Of a DNA stretch of 64,000 nt, positions 45,405-54,290 are shown one piece after another. Both the position numbers and the translations under genes were made by a program. The stretch is taken from sequence record NC_031043.1. The stretch is one strand, 5' to 3'. How positions within the stretch are numbered: the first letter of the stretch is position 1; each line of letters begins with the position of its first letter. The notes beneath the pieces were generated by a model. The model was not told where the DNA came from. It was given only the letters and a program-made list of their open reading frames with translations, and searched no databases.

Positions 45405-45953
45405 ATGATACAGCTAGATAGTGACGGTGTTTTAGCCGATTGGCGTTGGTACATGGAGAAGCACCACTTTAAAGGTTTTACTGTCCCCGAATTCAATGCG
45501 ATGGACCCGTGTCGTCGTAGTAGTATCCTGCAAGAGATTTATCGCAAAGACCCTGACTTGTTTGAGAAGCTGCCACGCATCCGTGAAATGGGGCGTGTGA
45601 TTCAGTATCTTAACCGTAGCGGGGAACCTTGGGGCGTGATTACCTCTGCCGGTGAAGACCATCCCGACTTTGAGTATGCAGCGGTTTCCAAGAAGAACTG
45701 GCTGCTGAAGAACTTCGACATTGAACCGCATCGTGTTATCGTAACCGAAAGCTCTTCTGACAAAGCGCAACATGCCGGGCCTGACACCTTGCTAATAGAT
45801 GACTTCGGTCGTAACTGTCGTGAGTGGTGTGCAGCAGGCGGTAAGGCTATCTGGGTTCACACCGGTAAGCCCGATGTTGATGCTATCCTTCAGGCGATTG
45901 AAGATTTCATTAATGGCAAGGCCCTATTCCAAGAACCATTGATTAGTGTCTGA
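45405..45953 (+). CDS. HAD-superfamily 5'(3')-deoxyribonucleotidase (NT5C-like)
   Basis: Motif I LDSDGVLADW, VITS, SKKNWL, motif IV LLIDDFGRNCREWCAAGG. Confidence 0.88.
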   Translation: MIQLDSDGVLADWRWYMEKHHFKGFTVPEFNAMDPCRRSSILQEIYRKDPDLFEKLPRIREMGRVIQYLNRSGEPWGVITSAGEDHPDFEYAAVSKKNWLLKNFDIEPHRVIVTESSSDKAQHAGPDTLLIDDFGRNCREWCAAGGKAIWVHTGKPDVDAILQAIEDFINGKALFQEPLISV

Positions 45954-45957
45954 TTCT

Positions 45958-45995
45958 AGTGCCTACGTTTCGGCGTAGGTGCTCTATTCTTTTTT
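45958..45995 (+). terminator. Intrinsic terminator (UUCG loop)
   Basis: AGTGCCTACGT-TTCG-GCGTAGGTGCT followed by a T-run. Confidence 0.8.
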
Positions 45996-46016
45996 ACGTA
46001 TATGTTACCCTTTATG
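45991..46016 (+). promoter_or_regulatory. Hybrid class A/B promoter TTTTTACGT-ATATGTTACCCTT-TATG
   Basis: Satisfies both the N13 spacing and the TATGTTAC core. Confidence 0.65.
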
Positions 46017-46043
46017 ACTACACCCATTAAAACAGGAAGAAGG

Positions 46044-46691
46044 ATGGACGGTTTACAAGAACGCATTCTTGAAGATGTTGCTGAGTATTATAAGCACACT
46101 GACCCCGCACATCGCATTGACCACATTGAAAAGACGATGGCTAATGCTGACGTTATTATCGACCGCTTAAACTTACGCAGTAATAAGTCGCTGGTTAAGA
46201 AGGTGATGATTGCCGTTGGTTATCATGACGTTTGGTCGCAACACCGTAAGTACCATCATGTTGACTCTTACTTAGAAGTGTGTAAGAAGCAACGCCATTT
46301 ACAACAACGCTACGATATCTCGCAAGAAGATGTCTGGAGGATTGCCCATGCCTGCTTGGAACATCGCGCGTCGTTCCGCGGGACGTACGACTCGATTGTC
46401 TCGGAAATCGTTGCGGCGGCTGACCGCGGCATCCCGAGCGCTGACGTCGCTGGTCTCTTCTACCGCTCGTACGTCTACGCCCGTGGCGTAGGTAAAATCC
46501 GCGAGTTGGCTAAAGTCCACTGTGTCGAACACATCAAAGAGAAATTCGGGTTCCGTGGTTACGGGGCGGTACCTAACTGGTACAACGATATCTTTGCTGT
46601 TGAGCTGACCGGTCGCAAAGAAAAGATTATGTCTTTTACTGTGGCCGACTTAGACGATGATAAGCTGACTGCTTTGGATGCGCTCTGCTAA
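46044..46691 (+). CDS. HD-domain metal-dependent phosphohydrolase
   Basis: AHRIDH...GYHDV...YHH...EHRAS...AAADRG. AGGA RBS before ATG 46044. Confidence 0.88.
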   Translation: MDGLQERILEDVAEYYKHTDPAHRIDHIEKTMANADVIIDRLNLRSNKSLVKKVMIAVGYHDVWSQHRKYHHVDSYLEVCKKQRHLQQRYDISQEDVWRIAHACLEHRASFRGTYDSIVSEIVAAADRGIPSADVAGLFYRSYVYARGVGKIRELAKVHCVEHIKEKFGFRGYGAVPNWYNDIFAVELTGRKEKIMSFTVADLDDDKLTALDALC

Positions 46692-46704
46692 TAGCGATTC
46701 CAAA

Positions 46705-46731
46705 TAATTTCAGCAATATATTATCATTGTG
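46705..46731 (+). promoter_or_regulatory. Class-A-like promoter (AATATATTATC, N3, TGTG)
   Basis: Partial match to the core. Confidence 0.5.
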
Positions 46732-46770
46732 AACATTAACGTTAATGTCATTTAAATCAATTAAAATCCA

Positions 46771-47259
46771 ATGGAGAAAGACATGTCTAACAAATCCCGC
46801 GAAGACCTGCTGATTGAAAAACTGTTCGGTACCTTTGAGCTGAACAGCGATAACAAACTGGAGCAGGCTCCTATCGTTCAGGTGTACGAAACGGCACTGG
46901 GCGAAGACGAACGCGTTAAGCACATCACTATGGAAGATGTGAAGAACCTGGGCGAATTCAACAAAGACTTCCTCGGCGCATTCGGTGCGGTGGGTAGCGA
47001 ATTCATTCTGAATCAAGCGAAGGCTGATGACGACCTGGGCGCAATGGACCTGACTGCTGATATCGGCGGCAACCTGTTCAGCGTAACCTTCTCCCGTCCG
47101 ACCGGTGACAGCCCGACCGAAAACGACTGGGCCTCTTCGATTGGTCTGGGTCTGGGCATTCCAAAACCGACCTCTTTCGAATCGCAGCTGCGCGACAAAG
47201 TGCGCGATGCATTCTTCTCTGACGACGAAGACGAAATCGTTGCAGGTGATGACGAGTAA
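46771..47259 (+). CDS. Highly acidic hypothetical protein
   Basis: D/E-rich, ends SDDEDEIVAGDDE, strong optimal-codon usage. Start may be ATG 46783. Confidence 0.8.
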   Translation: MEKDMSNKSREDLLIEKLFGTFELNSDNKLEQAPIVQVYETALGEDERVKHITMEDVKNLGEFNKDFLGAFGAVGSEFILNQAKADDDLGAMDLTADIGGNLFSVTFSRPTGDSPTENDWASSIGLGLGIPKPTSFESQLRDKVRDAFFSDDEDEIVAGDDE

Positions 47260-47274
47260 TCGGTAATTCTAATC

Positions 47275-47301
47275 AAGGGGCCTCGTGCCCCTTATTTTTT
47301 T
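47275..47301 (+). terminator. Intrinsic terminator
   Basis: AAGGGGC-ctcgt-GCCCCTT followed by a T-run. Confidence 0.75.
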
Positions 47302-47314
47302 GTTTGAGGGTACC

Positions 47315-47830
47315 ATGATAAACGAATCACTCTCGCTTGAACAGCGTGACTTCATTGTTGAGCACATGAAAGTTATCCTGAATCCGTTGTACTTACAAGT
47401 GCACACGGTACTGGTTGATGAAGGCTCATTCGAACGTTTGTGTCAGGAGTCACAAGAAGCTATCCTGACTACCCCGAACGGCTACGAGCGCTTTGTCCGT
47501 GACCTACAGAACAACGACCGTAAAGGTGGTTCTATTCTGGCGGTTATCAGTAACTTCAAATCGGCTATCATTCTGCAGTTCGGGCGTACGGTATTAAGTG
47601 AGTTAGAACGTGACTTGTTCCGTTTCAGTGTGCGTCCAAGTGACTTGGAGAATGGGCCAGCGTTGAATGCGTTCCCAATGTCCAGTAACTACAACACGGA
47701 ACAGCAGGGGCAGTATCAACAGTTCGATGCCTTAGCCGCTTACTTCTTCCTCCACTTCCTCAAGTTCTACGTTTACAACTTGAAGCCCGACCCGCGTAAG
47801 TTTACCGGGCAGGATGAAGATAAAAAATAA
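47315..47830 (+). CDS. Hypothetical protein
   Basis: GAGG RBS before ATG 47315. Confidence 0.75.
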   Translation: MINESLSLEQRDFIVEHMKVILNPLYLQVHTVLVDEGSFERLCQESQEAILTTPNGYERFVRDLQNNDRKGGSILAVISNFKSAIILQFGRTVLSELERDLFRFSVRPSDLENGPALNAFPMSSNYNTEQQGQYQQFDALAAYFFLHFLKFYVYNLKPDPRKFTGQDEDKK

Positions 47831-47876
47831 AAAAGGCCAACCGACCCCGATGGGGGTCGGAAGGCTTTCTTTTTTT
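47822..47876. terminator. Bidirectional intrinsic terminator
   Basis: CCGACCCC-gatg-GGGGTCGG with A-run and T-run flanks. Confidence 0.85.
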
Positions 47877-47879
47877 GGC

Positions 47880-48758
47880 TTAAACCATCTGGTTGCTGAG
47901 GAACTCGTCGGCAACGGTACGGTAGCCGCCAACAGTTGCATCAACATCCGGGTTAATACCATCGGTTTGCTGCGAAGGAGTCGCCCACATTTTGCGGGTC
48001 ATCGGACGCAGGCCGTTGAGCTTCATGCGGAGCAACTCTTGCTGAGCCGCCTGCATTACACCCCAACCGGTTTGCTGCTGACTGGTGAAGCTGATGGACA
48101 GCTCATTCGTCTGCGGACCGGAGTTAGGGTCACGCTCACCGATATCCGGGCCGTTAGACTCAGGAGCCATGTTAGTACACCACCAGGCGTTAACAACTTT
48201 ACGTTGGTAAGCATCTGGTTCGAGGTACAACACAGTCATTGAGTACATGTCCGGCAGGAAGTCGGGTACGTTCGGGTTAATAGCGCCAATCCCCGGGTGA
48301 CCGGTTTGTGGATCACATACCCCGTAAATCAGCCACGCTGACAGCATGTTCTGGAAGACCTTACCGTCTTTATCCACACCGGTGTGTGTAATAGAAGACT
48401 GCGCTTCGGTAACCAGGCCTGCTTCAGATTGCTGACGGTTGTTACGACCCTGTTGGGTCTGCACGTATTCAGCAGTCAGACCTTTATCAAGACCCGTAAA
48501 GGTAGTGTGTACCTCAATGAAAGTCTTGATAGCCTGACGCCAAACCGCCGGGTTCGGCATGTAGTCGACCCAACGCGGGAACTCCATCACGCGAGCGATG
48601 AGGTTACGACGCAGACGGCTGGCGTTCGTTACGAATTTACCAGTCTGGTTAACGGGGCCTTGCATCCCCGACCCGAATGGGTTAACCATCTGATAATCGC
48701 CGCCATCAATGTGCAGACCGTCGGCAGGGAGAATTAAGCGTTCAGAAATTCCGGCCAT
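47880..48758 (-). CDS. Tail tube protein (phiKZ gp30-like)
   Basis: 292 aa, immediately downstream of the sheath gene. TVLYLEPD...WWCTNMAP pattern. Confidence 0.75.
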   Translation of the reverse strand: MAGISERLILPADGLHIDGGDYQMVNPFGSGMQGPVNQTGKFVTNASRLRRNLIARVMEFPRWVDYMPNPAVWRQAIKTFIEVHTTFTGLDKGLTAEYVQTQQGRNNRQQSEAGLVTEAQSSITHTGVDKDGKVFQNMLSAWLIYGVCDPQTGHPGIGAINPNVPDFLPDMYSMTVLYLEPDAYQRKVVNAWWCTNMAPESNGPDIGERDPNSGPQTNELSISFTSQQQTGWGVMQAAQQELLRMKLNGLRPMTRKMWATPSQQTDGINPDVDATVGGYRTVADEFLSNQMV

Positions 48759-48764
48759 GTCTCA

Positions 48765-50804
48765 TTACTCCTGACGGTATACGCGAATGGTGGTGTTGAA
48801 CTGAGTCAACAGAGTACCGCCTTCACAACGCAGGTCAACAGTCACGGAGTTACCGGAACTGATGTCTTCGTCAGTGAAGCGCGCCGTTGGGATGATGTTC
48901 GCGTTACCATCCAGACGGTTAGCGAGGCGGGCGATGATATTACGTTCAATATCTTTCGCTGCTTCTTCGCGGGTCATGCCGCTCAGACCGGTGGTGTCTG
49001 CCCATACGCGGTCCGTTACACGGTACGCATAGGTCATCAGGAAGTTGAACAGTGCGTTGTTCAGCACGGAACGCTCTTCCGGATAGATAGACTGAATCGC
49101 CGGGATGAACACACGGTAGTAGTCGTAGCTGCGGGCAGAGATAAGTGATACGTCCCAGTCGGAAGCGTAGACTTCATTCCCTTTCCACGGCATAGACACA
49201 TCGGTGACATCTTCGATGACCGTCTTCGAACCACGGTTGAACTTGTATTCCGGTTTGCAATAACCGTCTTTCGCACCCATGTACTTCGAGAAGAAGTTAG
49301 CGATTGAGTAAATCAATGGCACCGCTTCTTTATAGGAGCTATTACGGATTTTACCGGTCTGGCCCATGATGAGGCCACGGGCAGCTGGAGTGCCGAAGCG
49401 ATCAGATTCAGGAACGGCCGAAACCATTTCCATTACTGCCACTTTTGCCGACTCTTCTGCTTGCAGGTCGTTGCGTCCTTCGTTGTATACGTGAGTACAC
49501 AGGCCGAGGAACGTGTTACGACTGCGCCCGATGAAGTTACACAGCGCTTCTTTGGTTTCGAAGCTGAAGCCCGAATCCCAGAAGCAGCCGAGCGAGTATT
49601 TCAGCTCGTTATCGTAACGCACTTTACCATCTTCAGGGAACAGTGTCATCTCACGACGCACCAGTTCATCATACACATCGTTGCTCAATGTGCCGTCAAA
49701 ACCACCGTTCAAATAATGAACGTGTTGACCGCTGAAAGTGGCTTTACCCGTGACAGTAGCCGGGTTAACGACCAAACCATCATATGGGTTTCCGTTGAGA
49801 TCAAGCCCGTTGAAAATATCAATCAGGTATGGATCTGCCGGAGCGTTGGTGATTAAACCAGCGACCTGGTCCAGGATGGACTTAAGGTTTGCATGGTAAA
49901 CATGGAAATCTTCGAACGGACCGTAGTCCGGCAACGCACCGATTTCAGGGATGGTGTTACGCCATGCCGCTGGAACAATGCTGTCGAAGTCCAGGTCAGT
50001 GGCCATTGGCTCGTAGTAAGCGTCAGGCTTGAAGCTGAAGTTCAGAGTAGTCATGCCCTTCAGGGTTTTCCAGATAACTGGAGACGATACGCCAGCAAGC
50101 GTTTCGAACCACTGCAAGGTGTAAACACGACCACCGACTTTCTGCTGATATGCCGCAGACAGTGCTGGTTGTGATTTGGCAGTCGGAACTACCAGTTTGT
50201 AGCCGAAGCCGTTCACATCGCCAGAAGCGTACGGACCTTTGATATCCCACAGTGGGATAATCATCGATTTTTCGCCTGCAGAACCTGTAAGGGTACCCTG
50301 CATTTGCTTACCGTTCGCAAAAAGCCCGTTCGCGTCATTGATTTCAATTTCGCGGAAGACAATCTGGATACCGGGGATTTGTTCTTTTACCGTCGGTTGC
50401 CCTGCGTTGTCGTACTTGATGCTACCATCGGTATTGCGTTCGTAGCTCGGCACTTCTGTCAGCAAGACTTCTGCTGTCATACGGTGTGTTGCAACTTCAG
50501 CGTCATCAGGACGTACGACCTGAACCATCATTTCATTACCATTGGTATTGAACATGTTCAGGAACGGGGTGTTGAACGTAGCGTACTTACTGCGATAATC
50601 GACGACATCACGACCCAGCAAAGAAAGCAGGTTATCGCCCGAAAGCGGGAAGGCCTCGTTATCGACGCAACGTCCAGCGAAAGTAAAGATTAGCGGCTTG
50701 TGAATTGGGTCGCCAATCGGGGCCCGCACAAGTTCAGGAACGGAGTTATCCTGCCATCCCTGCTTGTTGTTCAGCGGCGAGCTGTTTCGTGGGATATAAG
50801 TCAT
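48765..50804 (-). CDS. Contractile tail sheath protein (phiKZ gp29-like)
   Basis: 679 aa. YLNGGFDG, FWDSGFSFETK, IPAIQSIYP and a typical sheath C-terminal domain. Confidence 0.85.
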   Translation of the reverse strand: MTYIPRNSSPLNNKQGWQDNSVPELVRAPIGDPIHKPLIFTFAGRCVDNEAFPLSGDNLLSLLGRDVVDYRSKYATFNTPFLNMFNTNGNEMMVQVVRPDDAEVATHRMTAEVLLTEVPSYERNTDGSIKYDNAGQPTVKEQIPGIQIVFREIEINDANGLFANGKQMQGTLTGSAGEKSMIIPLWDIKGPYASGDVNGFGYKLVVPTAKSQPALSAAYQQKVGGRVYTLQWFETLAGVSSPVIWKTLKGMTTLNFSFKPDAYYEPMATDLDFDSIVPAAWRNTIPEIGALPDYGPFEDFHVYHANLKSILDQVAGLITNAPADPYLIDIFNGLDLNGNPYDGLVVNPATVTGKATFSGQHVHYLNGGFDGTLSNDVYDELVRREMTLFPEDGKVRYDNELKYSLGCFWDSGFSFETKEALCNFIGRSRNTFLGLCTHVYNEGRNDLQAEESAKVAVMEMVSAVPESDRFGTPAARGLIMGQTGKIRNSSYKEAVPLIYSIANFFSKYMGAKDGYCKPEYKFNRGSKTVIEDVTDVSMPWKGNEVYASDWDVSLISARSYDYYRVFIPAIQSIYPEERSVLNNALFNFLMTYAYRVTDRVWADTTGLSGMTREEAAKDIERNIIARLANRLDGNANIIPTARFTDEDISSGNSVTVDLRCEGGTLLTQFNTTIRVYRQE

Positions 50805-50863
50805 GGATCAAAGTCTCCATACATTGTTTTGAAAGACCAGTTGGTCATACTAAGGAATTTCTC

Positions 50864-51778
50864 ATGGCACTTGAAAACGCATATAAGGGCTACCATTTCA
50901 CCAGCTTTAATCTCGAAAAGATAAAAGCGGATCTTGACTTAGCCCGTGTCCAGAACCAAACGATCGCAATGTCGGAGCAGATTCACTACGTCATTGAGAC
51001 GGCGACGGTCGCCGGATTTCCCTTACCGATTCTTCACGATGGTCTTGTATACGTCGATGCTCGCTCGTTTACTAAACTTGACCGTGAAGGTAAACTGCAG
51101 ATTCGTGACGTAGTAGAACACGCCCTTCGGCTGGATGAAGCGCGGTGGGAGCTGGTCTGGACAAACCCAGCCGTTAACCGCCAATCGCTCATGACACAGT
51201 TCCCTTACTACCATGAGATTTTTAGTACGTGGGTGGCAGATGCTATCTCCCACACCTACGGACTAACCCCATATCAAAGTAACCAGATACAAGCATTGGC
51301 TGCTTTGTTCAGTATTGGCCACTTCTATAGTGGTGTTGCCGATGAGTTAACTGCCTACCGCTTGCAAGAGATGGTAGGAAACGAGCTTTATTTAAAGCCT
51401 CAGATTTTCGAGTCTGTTACTGGGCGCACTGACTACTTTATCCCACGGGATGCAGAAGAGTTTGTGGCGATGGTACTGGCGGCGGATATTACCCCACGTC
51501 TGGCTAACTTCAATATTGAAGCGCTGATGCAAGGGCTGTCTGGGGCGTTCTTTAATGTGTCGTTTGCCAAGCAGTTGACCAGTTCAGCGATTGAGTACCC
51601 ACCGAGCCTGTTAGTGATTATGAAGACCTGTCTTGAAAATAATCAGTTTAACCGTACTCGTCTGGGCACTGTGATTAAGAAGTCGAAAGCGTCGAAGATG
51701 CATGACAAGTTTGTGCGTTCGTACGAAATCACGTTGAACGAGCACACCAAGCCGCCGGTAAACTATAAGGAGTTCTAA
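50864..51778 (+). CDS. Virion structural protein (phiKZ gp28-like)
   Basis: AAGGA RBS before ATG 50864. Sits in the conserved sheath-to-terminase block. Confidence 0.65.
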   Translation: MALENAYKGYHFTSFNLEKIKADLDLARVQNQTIAMSEQIHYVIETATVAGFPLPILHDGLVYVDARSFTKLDREGKLQIRDVVEHALRLDEARWELVWTNPAVNRQSLMTQFPYYHEIFSTWVADAISHTYGLTPYQSNQIQALAALFSIGHFYSGVADELTAYRLQEMVGNELYLKPQIFESVTGRTDYFIPRDAEEFVAMVLAADITPRLANFNIEALMQGLSGAFFNVSFAKQLTSSAIEYPPSLLVIMKTCLENNQFNRTRLGTVIKKSKASKMHDKFVRSYEITLNEHTKPPVNYKEF

Positions 51779-54288
51779 TGGATAACTGGCTTGTAGCCCA
51801 TGCACAACAGTATGCATGGCAACGTCCGGGTGCGGATGGCACGCTGATTATCGCCCCACACAAAATCACGCAACCTACTGGGGCTATAGGCCATGTCCGT
51901 GACGGGCTCACTGATATTCCACTGCCGGGTTCAGGGTGGTGGCACGTCTACCACCTTGGTAAGCTGCATGTGCGGGAAGGTAACCTCAATATCCCGCCGG
52001 GTATCTGGTATAAAGTCTCAACCGTAATTAACGAGTTGGATGGCTTTATCCTTATATACAATGAACAGGGGTTCAGTCTGCCGACCACCAATGCGTATTT
52101 CTACCGTGACCGTAACGGGGCAATACTGTTGGGGATGCCACAGACCGCGAAGTATCCGTGGCCTGAGAAAGACACCCTGTTTATCAAATTCTACCCAGGC
52201 TGGAACGGTGGGGATTTAGCCCCGACTATCCCAGCGACCACAACCGAATACATGACCGTGCCGAATCTGGTGAGTCGCCAAGCTGTTATCGATCGCATTC
52301 GTGATTTGAAAGCTCAGCGCAAAGGCTATGTGGCGGTTTGGGTAAATGGTGAGTTACGCGACAACCTCAAAGTTGACGACCTTGCCATGTGGGACGATAT
52401 CGAAATGCGTGTGGATGGGCGAGTACGCCGGGTAGTGGATTTCCCACTCAAAGATGTCTCCTCCTTTACCTCCACGCTCGATAACAAACGTAAGTATTTG
52501 CTGCATCTGCCGAAAGGCGAAAAGATGTGGACGTTTAACGATGACTTAGAGATTCATGTGTTCTATCGGAACCGGGGCCGCTACTATCATCACCACCGCA
52601 GTGAAGCTATCCGCAACCTGACGTACAACGATATCAGTATTCCAACCGAGCGCGTGAAAGATTTACGTGTCAGTTGGGGTCAGATTACCAACATCGATGA
52701 AATCGTGGTACGCGTGTTAATCCGTGATGATTACATGGAACAGGAAGCACTCTTTAACAGTGACCGGTTGTTTGACCTGTACCGGTTAGATGATGAAGAG
52801 ATTGTCAGCGCTATGGTGGGGGTCAACGCTAACGTCGTAGAATGGCAAGCCGCAAACTTAGAACAGTCTGCTGCCAACCGTTTAGCCGCGGCAAAGCCGA
52901 GAAACATTACTCGTCAACTTTGTACCGACGCCTACGGCTATAATGCTGTCTCGCATTACGCGGCTGATACGCCGCAGAAACTCGAGCAGGATTCACGAGG
53001 ATGGTTCTGTCGCTTACCGGATTTACTGGCACGGCGCTCTACCGTGTATGAGTACGATGTGAATGGGCAGTTGCTGGGCTCGTACAGCCACAACGATGAT
53101 GCGTTCTACTACGCGGTCAATCCAACATGCCGTATGGTAGAAGCTTTGGTCAGTGAAGCCAGCGACGCCATGGATGTGATTAATAATGCATCTGACTTCC
53201 AGCGGGAAGGGGGAGTAAACTATTCCTTCTATCTGCAGAAACTGAAGTCAGGTTTGCCGACTGGGGAATATCTGACGGCGGTGAAGGATACGGACTACAC
53301 AGAAACCGATGGCTACATCGAGTGGAAGGTTGACCGTACTCGTCGCTCACCAACCGTGATTTCGGATAAGAAGCATCTTTTCATTACAGAAACATTTGTG
53401 GTGGAAGAAGGCGAGATACGTCTGGGGGTGATGTCGCGAGACGAGACTGGGCAAGTTAAACCTTTGTTTGTGCCTATGGAAACCGTAGAGGTGTGGTTAA
53501 ACAAACACCCTATCGTTCACGGTATTGATTTTACCGTGCAATGGCCGACGATTACCGTGGTTAATAAAGTATTCATTAACGACGGTGAAGTCAACGAAGT
53601 GTGCGTCCGTGCTCGTGGCGTCACCGGTGCCCTGCGTGTGCCGGAAAATGGGTTTGTCACCAGTGGCGTGCTGTCGAACAACAGCCGCTATGACGTGCGT
53701 GAAGATAAAGTGATTCGTATTGTCGCCGGTGGGCGGCTGGTGCATAGAAGCGACGTGGTCTTCCGTGAAGACAGCGCTGTGGGTGTTGCGAGCGTGCCGG
53801 ATGGAGTTCCTTACTCTGTCGACGACCCAACCATCCCGCTTCGAACACTGGTAGAGGGTAACTCGTATGACCTGCGTGATAAAGCACGCGACTTGGATGA
53901 ACGTATTGAAGATTATCTGAGTGTCTGGTTCCCTACTCCGCCCCCGGCTGCGGTCGTACCACTTCCCTCTTGGTACCATCTGTACAGCCCCGTGTTAAAT
54001 AAGGTCATGTGGGATATTCTGCGTGGACGTTTGACTGTGGTAGAAGACGATGTGGAAAAACGCATCTCAACTACTCAGTTAGATGAAATCATGGAAGGCT
54101 ACAAAGACCTGTTAGTGTTTGACCCCGCGTATTACGGGTTTGACCGACGGTTTGTGCGCGTACACCCTCACCTGCGTTATGTAGTGGTCGACGTGCCGGA
54201 GTTAACCTTTGCTTTACTCGACCGTATCAATGCGCGCTATTTGAATAACGCGGTAACGCTCAATCAGTATTTGAAAATTAAGGGTTGA
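51778..54288 (+). CDS. Virion structural protein (phiKZ gp27-like; tail/baseplate)
   Basis: 836 aa, beta-rich, conserved synteny. Confidence 0.65.
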   Translation: MDNWLVAHAQQYAWQRPGADGTLIIAPHKITQPTGAIGHVRDGLTDIPLPGSGWWHVYHLGKLHVREGNLNIPPGIWYKVSTVINELDGFILIYNEQGFSLPTTNAYFYRDRNGAILLGMPQTAKYPWPEKDTLFIKFYPGWNGGDLAPTIPATTTEYMTVPNLVSRQAVIDRIRDLKAQRKGYVAVWVNGELRDNLKVDDLAMWDDIEMRVDGRVRRVVDFPLKDVSSFTSTLDNKRKYLLHLPKGEKMWTFNDDLEIHVFYRNRGRYYHHHRSEAIRNLTYNDISIPTERVKDLRVSWGQITNIDEIVVRVLIRDDYMEQEALFNSDRLFDLYRLDDEEIVSAMVGVNANVVEWQAANLEQSAANRLAAAKPRNITRQLCTDAYGYNAVSHYAADTPQKLEQDSRGWFCRLPDLLARRSTVYEYDVNGQLLGSYSHNDDAFYYAVNPTCRMVEALVSEASDAMDVINNASDFQREGGVNYSFYLQKLKSGLPTGEYLTAVKDTDYTETDGYIEWKVDRTRRSPTVISDKKHLFITETFVVEEGEIRLGVMSRDETGQVKPLFVPMETVEVWLNKHPIVHGIDFTVQWPTITVVNKVFINDGEVNEVCVRARGVTGALRVPENGFVTSGVLSNNSRYDVREDKVIRIVAGGRLVHRSDVVFREDSAVGVASVPDGVPYSVDDPTIPLRTLVEGNSYDLRDKARDLDERIEDYLSVWFPTPPPAAVVPLPSWYHLYSPVLNKVMWDILRGRLTVVEDDVEKRISTTQLDEIMEGYKDLLVFDPAYYGFDRRFVRVHPHLRYVVVDVPELTFALLDRINARYLNNAVTLNQYLKIKG

Positions 54289-54290
54289 CA

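Noticed and set aside
47814-48242. 142-aa plus-strand ORF
   Set aside because: It runs through a bidirectional terminator and antisense to the tail tube gene.
50705-50863. N-terminal extension of the gp28-like gene
   Set aside because: It overlaps the sheath gene start. The AAGGA RBS supports ATG 50864.
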